From assembly GCA_965242725.1 (NCBI GenBank), contig CBDESZ010000018.1:160001-224000 (forward strand): a DNA stretch of 64,000 nt. Reading direction: 5' to 3'. How positions within the stretch are numbered: the stretch's first letter is position 1; every line of letters begins with the position of its first letter. The position numbers and the translations under genes are program-made. The notes beneath the pieces are model-generated. The model worked only from the letters and a program-made list of their open reading frames with translations. It searched no databases and was not told the DNA's origin. This document shows, in pieces, positions 43,684 to 55,460 of the stretch. The DNA is from Alkalispirochaeta sp. (GTDB lineage: Bacteria; Spirochaetota; Spirochaetia; DSM-27196; Alkalispirochaetaceae).

Positions 43684-45524
43684 TAGTACCAATGAAGAAA
43701 GTGTCGGTTTTGACACTGAAAGCATATGAGACGGAAAGCCTTGCACGGCTGCGTGATCTCGGCGTACTGCATATCTTTACCCAACCTGGAGAGGTCGACG
43801 GCGGCGATGCGCTGCGTGAGCAGTACACGGTTATTGACCGCGCGTTGTCGATTATCCCCGTTGAGAAGGACGTCGAGGATGAATCCGTTGCCGCCGACGA
43901 CGGCGTCGTGGATCGTGCGCTCTCGATCGGGGATGATATCCAGCAGAAGGTTGAAGAGCGCTCCGCCCTGACCGATGAAGTTGAACGGTTGCGTCGTGAT
44001 GTCGACCGATTTCGCCCGTGGGGAGATCCCCTTCCGGAAACACTGGACACGCTGCGTGAATCGGGCGTGGAGATACGGCTGTATGAAGAGTCGGGAGACA
44101 AGGCGGATACACTCATATCGTCTCTGCCGCATCCGATCGTGCTCAGTCGTTCCAAGACGACTGTACGCGTCGTCGCGGTTGCGTTGGGGAACGATGAGTT
44201 TCCTGAGCAGCCGCTGCCAATCGAAATTCCCGCCCAGTCGGTGGCGGCGATGAATCGGCGCATTGCCGAGATCGACGGTGAAATTGCGCGGCTGAACGAC
44301 TATTTTTCTTCCTTGGCGCCGCAAAGGCCGCTGCTGAAGAAGGCGCTGGAGCACCTAGAAAAGGACCTTGAATTTGTCCGGGTTGCCGGGAAGTTCGATT
44401 CCGAGCGCGAAATAAGCTGGATAACCGGATTTGTACCCGCTGAAATCGTTGACTCCGTGAAAGAGGCCGCCGGGACAAACGGGTGGGGCGTTGTCGTCCG
44501 TGATCCCGGGGAAGACGAACAGGTGCCGACAAAGATCTCCAATCCCAAGCCGATTGGAATGATAAAACCGGTATTTGACCTTCTGGGAACCGTACCGGGT
44601 TACCGGGAGATGGACATTTCCTTCTTTTTTCTCCTCTTCTTCGTCGTGTTTTTTGCGATGATTATTGGAGACGGCGGATACGGCCTCATTCTTCTCGGTG
44701 GGACGATCTACACTGCACTCCGTGGTAAGGCTGCGGGAAAGCAGCCAGGCCCGGGGACGACCCTTATGATCGTCCTGAGCACCGCCACCGTCGTATGGGG
44801 CGCCGTGACGGGCAACTGGTTCGGATACGCTCCCTTTGCGGAGCTTCCGGTCGTCAATCGGCTCGTAATTCCGGGCATATCGACGGAAAGTGAACGAAGT
44901 ACCGAGATCATCCAGTATATGTGCTTTGTCATCGGAACGGTTCACCTTTCCATCGCCCATATCTGGAACTTCTTCCGTGGCATACGACGGAGGCCCCGGG
45001 TCGCCGCATTTGCCCAGCTCGGATGGCTGTCAATGGTTCTCGGTCTCTATTATCTCGTTCTGCAGCTCGTTCTCGATCCCCAGAAGTATCCGATGCCCGA
45101 TTTCGCCCTGTATATGATCGCAGGCGGGCTGGGTGCGGTTATCATTTTCGGAGAGCAGCGAGAGGGATCGGGCTTTCTGGCCGGCGTCGGACGGGGTGTC
45201 GCGGGACTCATCACCACCGCCCTCGATGGTATCAGCGCGTTTTCAGATATCATCTCCTATATCCGCCTCTTCGCGGTGGGACTGGCGTCTCTGGCTATCG
45301 CGGAGGCCTTTAACGGGATGGCCGGCGGTATAGCCGAAGGACTCGGCGGTGCGGGGGGAGCGATTGCCGCGGCACTCGTTCTTTTCCTGGGACACACCCT
45401 CAATCTGGCGATGGGAGCTCTTTCAGTCGTCGTACACGGGGTGCGTCTCAATATGCTGGAGTTTTCCGGTCACTTAGGTATGGAATGGACGGGAGTTGAG
45501 TACTCTCCGTTTAAAACACGGTAA
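43680..45524 (+). CDS. ntpI: V/A-type ATPase subunit I (a)
   Basis: MIVPMKK, PGYREMD, MIIGDGGYG, DIISYIRLFAVGLA, VHGVRLNMLEF. Confidence 0.95.
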   Translation: MIVPMKKVSVLTLKAYETESLARLRDLGVLHIFTQPGEVDGGDALREQYTVIDRALSIIPVEKDVEDESVAADDGVVDRALSIGDDIQQKVEERSALTDEVERLRRDVDRFRPWGDPLPETLDTLRESGVEIRLYEESGDKADTLISSLPHPIVLSRSKTTVRVVAVALGNDEFPEQPLPIEIPAQSVAAMNRRIAEIDGEIARLNDYFSSLAPQRPLLKKALEHLEKDLEFVRVAGKFDSEREISWITGFVPAEIVDSVKEAAGTNGWGVVVRDPGEDEQVPTKISNPKPIGMIKPVFDLLGTVPGYREMDISFFFLLFFVVFFAMIIGDGGYGLILLGGTIYTALRGKAAGKQPGPGTTLMIVLSTATVVWGAVTGNWFGYAPFAELPVVNRLVIPGISTESERSTEIIQYMCFVIGTVHLSIAHIWNFFRGIRRRPRVAAFAQLGWLSMVLGLYYLVLQLVLDPQKYPMPDFALYMIAGGLGAVIIFGEQREGSGFLAGVGRGVAGLITTALDGISAFSDIISYIRLFAVGLASLAIAEAFNGMAGGIAEGLGGAGGAIAAALVLFLGHTLNLAMGALSVVVHGVRLNMLEFSGHLGMEWTGVEYSPFKTR

Positions 45525-45559
45525 TATGATATCGACAATTTGATAAGGAGATGTTGCAC

Positions 45560-45994
45560 ATGAATATCGGACTACTTGGGGTCGGCTCGGCCCTGGCTTT
45601 TGCTGCGATGGGTTCTGCGCTCGGTTCCGGTACCGCCGGTATGGCGGCGGTCGGCGCATGGAAGAAGGCATTTGTTCAGAACAAACCGGCACCTTTTCTT
45701 CTGGTCGCCTTTGTCGGCGCACCCCTCACCCAGACAATTTACGGGCTTATCCTGATGAACGCCCTCTCCGCCGCGGCGGCGGCGGGCGCGGATCCTGCGT
45801 TGCTGATCGGAGCCGGAATCCCCGGCGGTCTCGCCATGGGCTTTTCCGCCTGGTTTCAGGGTAAGGCAGGAGCCGTTGCGTCGGACGCCCTGGCAGAGAC
45901 AGGGAAGGGCTTTGGTAACTATCTGCTCGTCCTGGGTCTCATTGAAACCGTGGCGCTCTTTGTCATGGTCTTCCTCCTCGGTGTCGTCGGCTGA
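45560..45994 (+). CDS. ntpK: V/A-type ATPase proteolipid subunit K (c), four helices
   Basis: PLTQTIYG, FQGK, IETVALF; start placed 9 nt after AAGGAG. Confidence 0.93.
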   Translation: MNIGLLGVGSALAFAAMGSALGSGTAGMAAVGAWKKAFVQNKPAPFLLVAFVGAPLTQTIYGLILMNALSAAAAAGADPALLIGAGIPGGLAMGFSAWFQGKAGAVASDALAETGKGFGNYLLVLGLIETVALFVMVFLLGVVG

Positions 45995-46027
45995 CCGACG
46001 ATTTCACCGGCAGGAAATTCACGGTCA

Positions 46028-46060
46028 AAGCTCCCGGATCATCGATTCGGGAGCTTTTCT
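46028..46060 (+). terminator. Rho-independent terminator after the V-ATPase operon
   Basis: AAAGCTCCCG...CGGGAGCTTTT. Confidence 0.8.
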
Positions 46061-46119
46061 GTTCCGGTGAATAATGCAAACCGTTACATAGGTTGCGGGA
46101 ACGGTCGATATTGTACTAC

Positions 46120-47016
46120 ATGAGCCCCTTTCACCGCGTCATGGCTACACTTCTTCTCATCGCCCTCATCCCGATCCCCGCCTCCTTCGGGCAGACGTCG
46201 GAAGGCGTGGAAGAAGAGCGCCGGTATGACCGGGCATGGCTGGAGCTTGAAGCTGCAGCACGGGACGTCCGGGAGGGTGACTACAGCGCGGCGCTGCGTC
46301 GCTACGCCAGGGCTCTCGAATTGCGCCCCCGATATCCCGAAGCCTTTGTCGGCATGGCGCGTATTTATCGCATGCAATCGGATATTCTCCTTGCGGAACG
46401 GTACTATCGGGAGGCGATTGCATCTTCAGGCCAGCTCGAAATACCCGATGAGATATATGCGATCCGCATGGAACTCGCCACCATGTACGACGAAACGCGC
46501 ATTAACAGCGACGGCGACCGGAAATACCAGAACCAGCTGCTTACCATTATCGAAGATGATCCGACCTTTTCTCTGAATGAACCGCCTGAACAGAGAGAAA
46601 TGATGGTACGCACCCTGCTCGAGAGCGGCCTCAACAGAGTTATCGTCCTGTATCGTCTTGATTTTCCGCAAGCCCTTGAGGCACACCGCCGGTATGCGAC
46701 CTACCTTCTTCAGGAAGGTCCTCCATCCCGGCGTACCGATGCGGTGGATCACCTTCTCTTCGCGACTGTGGAAGTCGCCGGACGGGCGGTAAACGCAATC
46801 ATTCGACGGGAGTATGACTTTGAGTTTACGACCCTGCACAACCTCTATGAGACGGCACGTCGATACCCGGCAGTCGTGGCCTATCTGCGGAATGAAGAGT
46901 TCATCATTCTCCTGGAACAGCTGAGATATGCATTGACCCTGCATCCCCGAGGCCAAAGAGCGGTACGCGAGCTGGAAGGAGAGCTGCGGCAGATTACCTC
47001 CCGCCTCAACGACTGA
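46120..47016 (+). CDS. Exported TPR-repeat protein
   Basis: Signal peptide; [34 protein letters not shown] pattern. Confidence 0.75.
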   Translation: MSPFHRVMATLLLIALIPIPASFGQTSEGVEEERRYDRAWLELEAAARDVREGDYSAALRRYARALELRPRYPEAFVGMARIYRMQSDILLAERYYREAIASSGQLEIPDEIYAIRMELATMYDETRINSDGDRKYQNQLLTIIEDDPTFSLNEPPEQREMMVRTLLESGLNRVIVLYRLDFPQALEAHRRYATYLLQEGPPSRRTDAVDHLLFATVEVAGRAVNAIIRREYDFEFTTLHNLYETARRYPAVVAYLRNEEFIILLEQLRYALTLHPRGQRAVRELEGELRQITSRLND

Positions 47017-47066
47017 CCGTACCGTTATTGCGCCGTCCCCGCTTTTTCCGTAGTCTTACCCATCGT

Positions 47067-49904
47067 ATGGAACAGATTTTCATCAAAGGTGCGCGTGAGC
47101 ACAACCTGAAAAATATCGATCTGACACTGCCTCGGAACAAACTCATCGTCATTTCAGGCATGAGCGGTTCCGGGAAATCCTCGCTCGCCTTCGATACCAT
47201 ATTCGCCGAGGGACAGCGTCGTTACGTTGAATCGCTTTCCGCCTATGCCCGACAGTTTCTCGGACGCATGGACAAGCCTGACGTCGATTATATCGAGGGA
47301 CTCTCTCCGGCAATTTCGATCGAACAGAAGACGACCAACAGGAATCCCCGATCGACCGTCGGCACGATCACGGAAATCTGGGATTACTATCGCCTTCTCT
47401 TTGCCCGTATCGGTATCCCTCACGACCCGAGAACGGGGAAGCGGATAGAAAAACAGACCGTAGACGAAATCATCGAGCGGATCCTCCAGTTTCCCGACGG
47501 TACAAAAATGATGATCCTGGCGCCGGTTGTTCGCGGCCGGAAAGGAATCCACCAGCGAATTCTTGATGACGCACGAAAATCCGGTTTTATCCGGATGCGC
47601 GTCAATGGTGAAATTGTCTCTCTTGATGAGGACATACAGCTTGAAAAGAACAAGAAGCACTCCCTCGAGATCGTCGTAGACCGCGTAAAGGTCTCCGATC
47701 AGGCGCGCAAACGCATCGTTGAGGCCGTCGAAACGGCGCTGACGACGACGGGTGGTACCGTTACGATACTTGTTGAAGGGGATAACGGGGAAATGACGGA
47801 ACAGTCCTTTTCCCAGCATTATGCATATCCCGACAGCAATGTCACCTTTCCCGAGCTCGAACCACGGCTCTTCTCATTCAACAACCCCTTCGGCGCGTGT
47901 GAAGCGTGTTCCGGTCTGGGGACGACCAAGGAGTTTGACCCCGCCCTGATCATTCCGGACGCCGGATTGTCCTTTGACCGCCACGGAATAGCCCCCTACA
48001 ATCCCCGGGCTCAATGGTATCGTACCCGGTTTGAAGCGCTTGCGGATGTGCTTGGATTTCGGCTGGATCAACCGCTCAATACGATACCGTCTGAAATCAT
48101 GGATCAAATCCTTTACGGCAGCACGGAACGGGTGCGGTACGTATATGAACGGCCCGACGGCAGTGGCCGAGTGGAGTACCATCAGCCCTTTCCGGGAGTC
48201 ATACCCGACCTGGAACGCCGGTATCGCGAAACCGCATCTGCACAGATGCGCGAGTGGTTTGAAACGTTCATGACAGAAAAAGTGTGTCATGCCTGCGGCG
48301 GCCGTCGTCTGCGACCGGAGTCGCTGGCGGTTCTCGTCTCCGGCTACAGCATAGACGATCTGGCGCGCCTCTCGGTCAGGGACGCCCTGCGCTTTTTTGA
48401 AACCCTGGAGTTGAATTCGACCCAGAATGCAATTGCGGGAGAAATTCTCAAGGAAATCAAGGCTCGTCTCGCCTTCATGGAAAGTGTCGGTCTGGACTAC
48501 CTTACCCTCGATCGTACCGCGGGGACCCTTTCCGGTGGCGAGGCACAGCGGATACGTCTGGCGACACAGATCGGGTCCCAGCTGGTAGGGGTGCTGTACG
48601 TTCTGGATGAGCCGACGATCGGACTCCATCAGCGGGATAATGAACGTCTCCTCAATACGCTTATGCATCTCAGGGATATCGGAAACACCCTCATTGTCGT
48701 TGAACATGATGAGCAGACGCTCCTGACGGCTGACCATATCGTTGACCTCGGGCCCGGCGCCGGTATCCATGGAGGAGCGATCGTCGCGGAAGGGACCCCG
48801 GCGGATATCATTAAGAACGAGAAGAGTGTTACCGGTCCGTACCTGTCGGGACAAAAACAGCTTCCCATTCCCGGTGAACGTCGTTCCGGAAACGGCACGC
48901 TCCTTGTTGTGAAGGGCGGAAGGGAACACAATCTTAAAAATATCGACGTTGCCTTTAAACTCGGCGCACTCAACGTCATTTCCGGCGTATCCGGCTCGGG
49001 GAAAAGCACCCTTCTCTCGGATATTGTCTACCCGGCACTTTCTAACAGGGTCGGAAAGACCCGGTCACACATGTCTGAAGGCAAACACGACGCGATAGAA
49101 GGGTATGAATCGATAGACAAGATAATAAACATCGATCAGAGCCCCATCGGCCGGACGCCGCGATCCAATCCAGCCACCTATGTCGGCCTCTTCACGCCGA
49201 TACGGGAGCTCTTCGCAGGTCTGCCCGAGAGCAAGGCCCGCGGATACAAACCGGGCCGATTTTCCTTCAACGTAAAAGGTGGGCGGTGCGAAAACTGCCA
49301 GGGCGCCGGGACAATTAAGATCGAGATGCACTTTCTTCCCGACGTGTACGTCACCTGCGACGTCTGTCACGGAAAACGGTTCACCCGGGAAACCCTTGAT
49401 ATCCGATACAAAGGCAAGTCGATCCATGACGTCCTGGAGATGTCAATAGAGGAAGCCCGCGATTTCTTCGGGGCAATACCCCAAATACGGCGCAAACTGG
49501 AGACTCTGGGCGCGGTAGGTCTCGACTACGTAAAACTCGGTCAAAGCGCTCTGACCCTCTCGGGCGGTGAAGCACAGCGGGTAAAGCTCTCCCTTGAATT
49601 GAGCAAACGCAGCACCGGCAATACGCTCTACATCCTCGACGAACCGACGACGGGGCTGCATTTCGCAGACGTCCACAAACTGATGGAGGTACTCCAGATC
49701 CTGACCGATCGTGGAAACACAATCATACTCATTGAACACAATCTTGACGTCATTCTCCAGGCCGACCATATCGTCGATCTGGGACCGGAGGGTGGCGACA
49801 AGGGCGGAACGGTCGTTGCCACAGGTACTCCCGAAGAGATCGCCGCCACGGAGAAATCCCACACGGGGCGTTTCGTTCGGGAGGTGCTGTCACGTCGGGA
49901 ATGA
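47067..49904 (+). CDS. uvrA: Excinuclease ABC subunit A
   Basis: GAREHNLKN, two GxSGSGKS, two LSGGEAQR, zinc fingers, LDEPT. Confidence 0.98.
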   Translation: MEQIFIKGAREHNLKNIDLTLPRNKLIVISGMSGSGKSSLAFDTIFAEGQRRYVESLSAYARQFLGRMDKPDVDYIEGLSPAISIEQKTTNRNPRSTVGTITEIWDYYRLLFARIGIPHDPRTGKRIEKQTVDEIIERILQFPDGTKMMILAPVVRGRKGIHQRILDDARKSGFIRMRVNGEIVSLDEDIQLEKNKKHSLEIVVDRVKVSDQARKRIVEAVETALTTTGGTVTILVEGDNGEMTEQSFSQHYAYPDSNVTFPELEPRLFSFNNPFGACEACSGLGTTKEFDPALIIPDAGLSFDRHGIAPYNPRAQWYRTRFEALADVLGFRLDQPLNTIPSEIMDQILYGSTERVRYVYERPDGSGRVEYHQPFPGVIPDLERRYRETASAQMREWFETFMTEKVCHACGGRRLRPESLAVLVSGYSIDDLARLSVRDALRFFETLELNSTQNAIAGEILKEIKARLAFMESVGLDYLTLDRTAGTLSGGEAQRIRLATQIGSQLVGVLYVLDEPTIGLHQRDNERLLNTLMHLRDIGNTLIVVEHDEQTLLTADHIVDLGPGAGIHGGAIVAEGTPADIIKNEKSVTGPYLSGQKQLPIPGERRSGNGTLLVVKGGREHNLKNIDVAFKLGALNVISGVSGSGKSTLLSDIVYPALSNRVGKTRSHMSEGKHDAIEGYESIDKIINIDQSPIGRTPRSNPATYVGLFTPIRELFAGLPESKARGYKPGRFSFNVKGGRCENCQGAGTIKIEMHFLPDVYVTCDVCHGKRFTRETLDIRYKGKSIHDVLEMSIEEARDFFGAIPQIRRKLETLGAVGLDYVKLGQSALTLSGGEAQRVKLSLELSKRSTGNTLYILDEPTTGLHFADVHKLMEVLQILTDRGNTIILIEHNLDVILQADHIVDLGPEGGDKGGTVVATGTPEEIAATEKSHTGRFVREVLSRRE

Positions 49905-52900
49905 AGGCGCCCGCGGCAGTTCTTGCAATCGCATTCACCGTTACGCTCTCCGTATTCGGCCAGACCGCACCGGAGGACGATCTCTTCACGTCTACGATTC
50001 ATCAGGATCTCGCAACGGCGGGAACGTCGGAACTCATTGAATGGGCCGTCTCTCTTGGGCTCAGCACCCGGGGAACGCGGCGCGATGTGGAACGGCGTAT
50101 CCTTGAATATTACGGTATCGAGGAAATCGCACCTGACGATGGAGGAACGCCCCGGCGCGATGCTGACGAGGCTGAAGAAGCGGAGTCCCCGGCAGTCACC
50201 ATAGAAAGCGCCCGGGGAAGCAGCTATTTCACGATCGCCGAGACGGATGAGCGGTATTTGCGTCTTGTCGGCGGGGTTGAGCTGACAATGACCGATAACG
50301 GGACGACCCATCGCATTTATGCAGACGAACTGACGATAAACCTTGAGCGCAGCACCATGTCCGCCGTCGGCTCCGTTGAATACCGGGTTGAACGTCCCGA
50401 AGAAACCGAGACATTTCGCGGAGAAAGTATCGTTTTCAATATCGAGAACTGGGACGGAGTCTTTCTTCGCGGCGTCACCGACACGGGACAGACAATCGAC
50501 GAGGAAACCCTCGATTTCACCCTTTTCGGGGAGCGAATCACACGGTCAAGCGGGGACATTGTCGTCGTCGATGACGGACGGATCACCTCATCCGTCTCGG
50601 ATCCCCCCAACTATGAAATCCGCGCACGCCGGATCTGGTTGCTTGCGCCCGGGGAATGGGCTATCCGGAGCGCGACCCTCTACGTCGGCAGGGTCCCCAT
50701 GTTCTATATTCCTTATTTCTTCTTTCCCGGAGATACCCTGTTTTTCAATCCCGCCGTCGGCTTACGCAGCAGGGAAGGCGCGTTCATACAGACGACAACG
50801 TATCTCTTCGGGGAAAGCGAGGAAGCGGAGGCGCCGTTTTCGATTATGCAGATCGCCGAGGCTCCTTCAGATGAGGGACGGGAGATTCAAGGCCTTTTCC
50901 TGCGGGTTCCCGAGGAACCAAAGGAGATCACCCGTCCGAAGTGGTCTCTGAAAATAATGGCCGATCTGTACACCACCCTCGGATATTATGCCGGAATGGC
51001 GGGCTCCCAACCGGACCTCGGGCCCTTCAGGACCTTTGACTGGCGCGTTGGGGTGGGGACCTCCCGGAATATCTACCTGAATGACCAGGTCTACACAAGT
51101 TTCTATGTCGACGACGAAGGGAATGCCCGCCGCATCTGGAACAGGGGCTACGCGGGCAACCGTTCGGTACCGCTGCGCTATGAAACGGAGCTCGATACGG
51201 GCATACAATTTCCCGGTGGTTCCTGGGACCTGCAGTTCGAAATGCTGTCGGATCCCCGTTTTCGTGGGGACTACCACGATCGTTCTGAAAACATCGACTG
51301 GACGCAAATTCTCAATCAGACCGGAGAGGAGGAGACGACGCCAACCGACACCTCTTCTCTCCGATGGTCAACGCAGCTGCGATGGAACCCGTCGTTGCCG
51401 GCACTCCGGCCGTGGATAACGACACTTCAGTTGTCCTCGTTGAGCGGCGAGTTGCGGTGGAATCGCAGGACCGATGGAACGGCGCCGGAGGAAGTGCTTG
51501 CCGCCGACCGAAGCCCCGAGGCGTCCTTCTTCTATCCCGCGACGTCGGTGCTGCCCTCCGCGGCGGTGGACATCAGGGGAACACTGCTTGAGCTGCCCCT
51601 GGACGGCGACGACGGGACTTCGCACACTTCGGGACGCGATGAAAATGAGACGGCGAGGGACGATGAACAACGTGTTCGTCCGCCATGGGAACGGCGGGTT
51701 TCGGATGAGCGCGAATCGATAGTGGATGAACGCTTCCGACTTCCGCCCCTTGCACGGGACCTGCCGGGCATCGCAGCTGACCGGAAGGACGCCTCCCTGA
51801 CCGTCGATTACTGGCTTCGACCGACCCTTCGGATCGACCGCGTCTCGGACAACAGCGAGTGGGCGACTGCGGAAGACATCGATTTTCAATGGCGCTACCG
51901 GACGCTGCAGAACAGGAACAGGGGAACGCTCTCGGTTCATGCGGTTGCTCCGGGAGGGTACTTGCGGTTTGACGGAACGACAACGGCGGAACAGCGTTAT
52001 CAGTCGGTGGATATCGAGTCCGACATGGAGGAGACCCAACGGGAACAGCTTCAGACTGCGGCAGAACGGTTTCGCAGTGCCTCGGTCTCCCAGCAGAACG
52101 TTCTCACGGCGTACCCCCTTCTGGATGTCCCATCCCTTGAAGGCACAACAATCCGTCATGAGATGGCATTTCGGCTCTATGACCGCTCCTACGACACCAC
52201 CTCAACAAATTCGGCGCACTATATAACGCGTTACGGAGATTGGAGTCCCGACGGAATACGTACCCACGCGGGGACGGCGACACTGCGATGGACTGTCCGG
52301 GGTTCCAACCAGTCCTTTTCCGCGCGGGCGGTACTTCCTCCCCTGAGCAGAGTCTATACCGGCACCGCCACCGTAGAAACCGGTCCTCTGACCTCTACAC
52401 TCAGCGGCGGTATACGTGAGCTCAATGACGAGTGGAGCAGGGACCCACTCGTTCAAACCCATCGCTTCAGTACGCTGGGGGGGAATATCAGCGCATACCA
52501 GCGTCTCGAATATGACATGAAGGAAAACAGACTTGCCCGATCAGATTCACAGCTCCGCCTGTGGCCCCTGCGCTGGGATCTGGAAGGACGCCTGACCCGG
52601 GGGTACGAGTTTGTACAGGGAACGGGATGGGTCGACCACGGCGAACCTTCCTTTCACTGGACCTCAACGGCCGTTGGTATCGATGCGGAGCCGTCTCTGT
52701 CATTCTGGAAACGACGTGTAAACCTCGCACTCAACGGCGCGGTTCTCCTTGAAGCCGACCTGCAACGCTTTACCTCAAGCAGTCTTATTCTCGACTACGG
52801 ATTCGATCTGGATATCCATCAGTTTCTTACATTAGGCGTTTCCGCCCGCAGTCGGAACGACCTGATTTATCACTACGCTGCTCCGCTGGCGGAAGAGGTC

Positions 52901-53200
52901 GACCGTCCGTACCGCAATCCCATTACGGATCTCGTGAACAGTCTTCGTTTCAGTGATAAGCGTGCCCGGGAAGAGAGTTTTTTCAAAATAGAATCGGTAG
53001 AGATTCGCGGCGTTCACGATCTCAAAGACTGGGAGTTGACCTTCTCCTATACAGGGGGACCGGAACTCGACACGTCCGGAGGGGAGGCCGAATACCGGTG
53101 GCAGGGTATTTTCGCAGTCCTTTTCCGATGGCGGCCCATATCGGAAATCAGACGGGATATTCGCGTGGAAGATGGAGTCCTTGAATTCATCGAGTCTTGA
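49901..53200 (+). CDS. lptD: LptD/OstA-like outer-membrane assembly protein
   Basis: Signal peptide; OstA-like jelly-roll ([37 protein letters not shown]); beta-barrel-like C-terminus with HDLKDW. Confidence 0.8.
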   Translation: MKAPAAVLAIAFTVTLSVFGQTAPEDDLFTSTIHQDLATAGTSELIEWAVSLGLSTRGTRRDVERRILEYYGIEEIAPDDGGTPRRDADEAEEAESPAVTIESARGSSYFTIAETDERYLRLVGGVELTMTDNGTTHRIYADELTINLERSTMSAVGSVEYRVERPEETETFRGESIVFNIENWDGVFLRGVTDTGQTIDEETLDFTLFGERITRSSGDIVVVDDGRITSSVSDPPNYEIRARRIWLLAPGEWAIRSATLYVGRVPMFYIPYFFFPGDTLFFNPAVGLRSREGAFIQTTTYLFGESEEAEAPFSIMQIAEAPSDEGREIQGLFLRVPEEPKEITRPKWSLKIMADLYTTLGYYAGMAGSQPDLGPFRTFDWRVGVGTSRNIYLNDQVYTSFYVDDEGNARRIWNRGYAGNRSVPLRYETELDTGIQFPGGSWDLQFEMLSDPRFRGDYHDRSENIDWTQILNQTGEEETTPTDTSSLRWSTQLRWNPSLPALRPWITTLQLSSLSGELRWNRRTDGTAPEEVLAADRSPEASFFYPATSVLPSAAVDIRGTLLELPLDGDDGTSHTSGRDENETARDDEQRVRPPWERRVSDERESIVDERFRLPPLARDLPGIAADRKDASLTVDYWLRPTLRIDRVSDNSEWATAEDIDFQWRYRTLQNRNRGTLSVHAVAPGGYLRFDGTTTAEQRYQSVDIESDMEETQREQLQTAAERFRSASVSQQNVLTAYPLLDVPSLEGTTIRHEMAFRLYDRSYDTTSTNSAHYITRYGDWSPDGIRTHAGTATLRWTVRGSNQSFSARAVLPPLSRVYTGTATVETGPLTSTLSGGIRELNDEWSRDPLVQTHRFSTLGGNISAYQRLEYDMKENRLARSDSQLRLWPLRWDLEGRLTRGYEFVQGTGWVDHGEPSFHWTSTAVGIDAEPSLSFWKRRVNLALNGAVLLEADLQRFTSSSLILDYGFDLDIHQFLTLGVSARSRNDLIYHYAAPLAEEVDRPYRNPITDLVNSLRFSDKRAREESFFKIESVEIRGVHDLKDWELTFSYTGGPELDTSGGEAEYRWQGIFAVLFRWRPISEIRRDIRVEDGVLEFIES

Positions 53201-53246
53201 CGATCAGCAAAGGCAGTACCTATACTTGGCACAAGAAGGAGAAATA

Positions 53247-54203
53247 TTGTCAGATAGTACAGCACTTGTTCTATCGGATAGCGACGCCCTTCAGTTGATA
53301 TGTGGCGTCCACGATACCAACCTGAGAGTATTGGAAGAATTATTTTCGGCGCCGGTACGTGTTCGGGGCAACGAGTTGACCCTTGAGTCCTCCGACGAGG
53401 TCGCTCAGGGACGGTTTATCGTCTTAATGGAAGAATTAGAGCGCCACAGTAAAATAGGTCAGACGCTTGATCCTTTTCTCATCAGGGGTCTCTTTCACGA
53501 CATCAGCGACAAATCCGGGGAGTCCCTGGAAGCGATGCACAAGCGGGTCATCGAGATTCCCGCCGCAGGGGCAAAGGTATTTCCCCGGAGCGCGCGACAG
53601 GCGCGTATTTTTGCCGAGCTTGAACGAAATCAGCTCAACTTCTTCGTCGGCCCCGCCGGTACCGGCAAGACCTATATCGCCGTGGCTCATGCCTTGCGGG
53701 AAGTCCTGGCAAAGAAAAAACGCCGCCTCGTACTCACCCGTCCCGTCGTTGAAGCGGGCGAGAGTCTTGGATTTCTCCCGGGCGATTTGACGCAGAAGAT
53801 CAGCCCCTATTTACGCCCCCTCTACGATGCCATTGAAGCGCTGCTTCCCTTTGATCTCATTCGTCGCCTTGAAGAGCAGAATGTCATCGAAATCGCACCC
53901 CTCGCGTATATGCGGGGACGGAGCCTGCGGGACAGTTACGTTGTCCTCGACGAAGCGCAGAACACAACGCGGGAACAGATGAAGATGTTTCTCACCCGTC
54001 TTGGTGAAAACAGCCAGGCGGTGGTGACGGGCGACATCACCCAGATAGACCTGCCCAGGCGGAACGCCTCGGGCCTCATTCACATCCTCGACGTTTTACG
54101 ATACGTTTCCGGTATAGGAATTACCTATTTGACGCGGGACGACGTCGTTCGCAGTGCATTGGTACGGAAAATCATTCAGGCATACGATGAATACCGGGAA
54201 TAG
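53247..54203 (+). CDS. phoH: PhoH family ATPase
   Basis: GPAGTGKT, TRPVVEAGESLGFLPGD, APLAYMRGRS, DEAQN, GDITQIDL; TTG start after AAGGAG. Confidence 0.95.
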   Translation: MSDSTALVLSDSDALQLICGVHDTNLRVLEELFSAPVRVRGNELTLESSDEVAQGRFIVLMEELERHSKIGQTLDPFLIRGLFHDISDKSGESLEAMHKRVIEIPAAGAKVFPRSARQARIFAELERNQLNFFVGPAGTGKTYIAVAHALREVLAKKKRRLVLTRPVVEAGESLGFLPGDLTQKISPYLRPLYDAIEALLPFDLIRRLEEQNVIEIAPLAYMRGRSLRDSYVVLDEAQNTTREQMKMFLTRLGENSQAVVTGDITQIDLPRRNASGLIHILDVLRYVSGIGITYLTRDDVVRSALVRKIIQAYDEYRE

Positions 54204-54651
54204 CGACGGAAACGTTGTGGAAGTTCGCGCGGAGAGCGGCGAACCTCCATCGTGGCTTTCCGCTCTTACAACGTATATTCACCACGTTTTGCGCCACATC
54301 GCCGTTTCCCGATGGGAAGTCTCGGTGCTCTTGTGCGACGAGTCGTTCATACAGCAGCTAAACAGACAGTACCGGGGAATCGATGCGCCCACCGACGTAC
54401 TTTCGTTTTCCGCGGGCGATGAAAACGAAGACGGCACGACACACGCCGGAGATATCGTCGTCTCTCTTCCCGTCGTGAAGCGGCAGGCGGAAGAGCTCGG
54501 TGTAGAATATGAAGAAGAAATTCGTCGCGTAGTTGTCCACGGGCTGCTCCATCTTCACGGTTATGAACACAGGACAAACGATTTTTCCCGTGAACCGATG
54601 CTCACCCTGCAGGAAAATATTGTACAGGAGTTGAAGGAGAAACTGTTTTGA
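54187..54651 (+). CDS. ybeY: rRNA maturation RNase YbeY
   Basis: LNRQYRG..PTDVLSF, GDIVVS, HGLLHLHGYEH. Confidence 0.95.
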   Translation: MNTGNSDGNVVEVRAESGEPPSWLSALTTYIHHVLRHIAVSRWEVSVLLCDESFIQQLNRQYRGIDAPTDVLSFSAGDENEDGTTHAGDIVVSLPVVKRQAEELGVEYEEEIRRVVVHGLLHLHGYEHRTNDFSREPMLTLQENIVQELKEKLF

Positions 54652-55460
54652 AATCAACCGGTTTATTACGTCGCTTTTTTACCTGGAATAGAGGCGGCGT
54701 AGAGGCTCATGCCAATACCGCACTGAACGTTGAAACCCGCAAGATGATTGAGGGTATTTACGCACTCGCCGACACAACGGTCAAGGAGGTCATGGTTCCC
54801 CGCATCGATTCCGTCTTTCTTGGACTTGATATGGAGACGACGGATCTGGTAAATCGTATCGCCGAGACGGGGCATTCCCGATTTCCCGTGTACAAGGATA
54901 CCATCGATAATGTTGTCGGCATGCTCTATGCAAAGGATCTTCTTCAGTACCTGACAAACGGAAAAGAAATCAGGATTGAACAAATTCTGCGAAAATCATT
55001 TTTTGTCCCTGAAAGCAAACGCCTGGACAGCCTTCTCCGTGAGATGAAGCGGCGGCGGGTGCACATCGCCGTCGCCGTCGACGAGTACGGCGGGGTCTCC
55101 GGGCTTGTCTGCATGGAGGATATCATCGAAGAAATCGTCGGCGACATTCAGGATGAGTTTGACAATGAACGGGAAGACATTCTTGAAATCGGAGAACGGG
55201 CGTGGTTGTGTGATGCGCGGGTCAACCTCGAGGATCTGCAGGAGATCATCACCACCGAGCTGCCGGAACAGGAATATGACACCCTCGGCGGGTTTGTCTT
55301 CGATCTTTTCGGAAAAATCCCCGTGAAATTTGAAAAGGTGACCTATAAGAATCTCGATTTTGTCATTCAGGATATGGAGGGACATAAAATCCGCAGCGTA
55401 AAAGTAGTTTCCCGTCCGGAAGATTCTCAAGATGACAACGACGGCAGAAGTGAATCGTAA
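54648..55460 (+). CDS. CBS-pair / CorC_HlyC protein (CorC/TlyC family)
   Basis: VKEVMVPR, GHSRFPV, VDEYGGVSGLV..EDIIEEIVGDIQDEFD, DTLGGFV. Confidence 0.9.
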   Translation: MKSTGLLRRFFTWNRGGVEAHANTALNVETRKMIEGIYALADTTVKEVMVPRIDSVFLGLDMETTDLVNRIAETGHSRFPVYKDTIDNVVGMLYAKDLLQYLTNGKEIRIEQILRKSFFVPESKRLDSLLREMKRRRVHIAVAVDEYGGVSGLVCMEDIIEEIVGDIQDEFDNEREDILEIGERAWLCDARVNLEDLQEIITTELPEQEYDTLGGFVFDLFGKIPVKFEKVTYKNLDFVIQDMEGHKIRSVKVVSRPEDSQDDNDGRSES

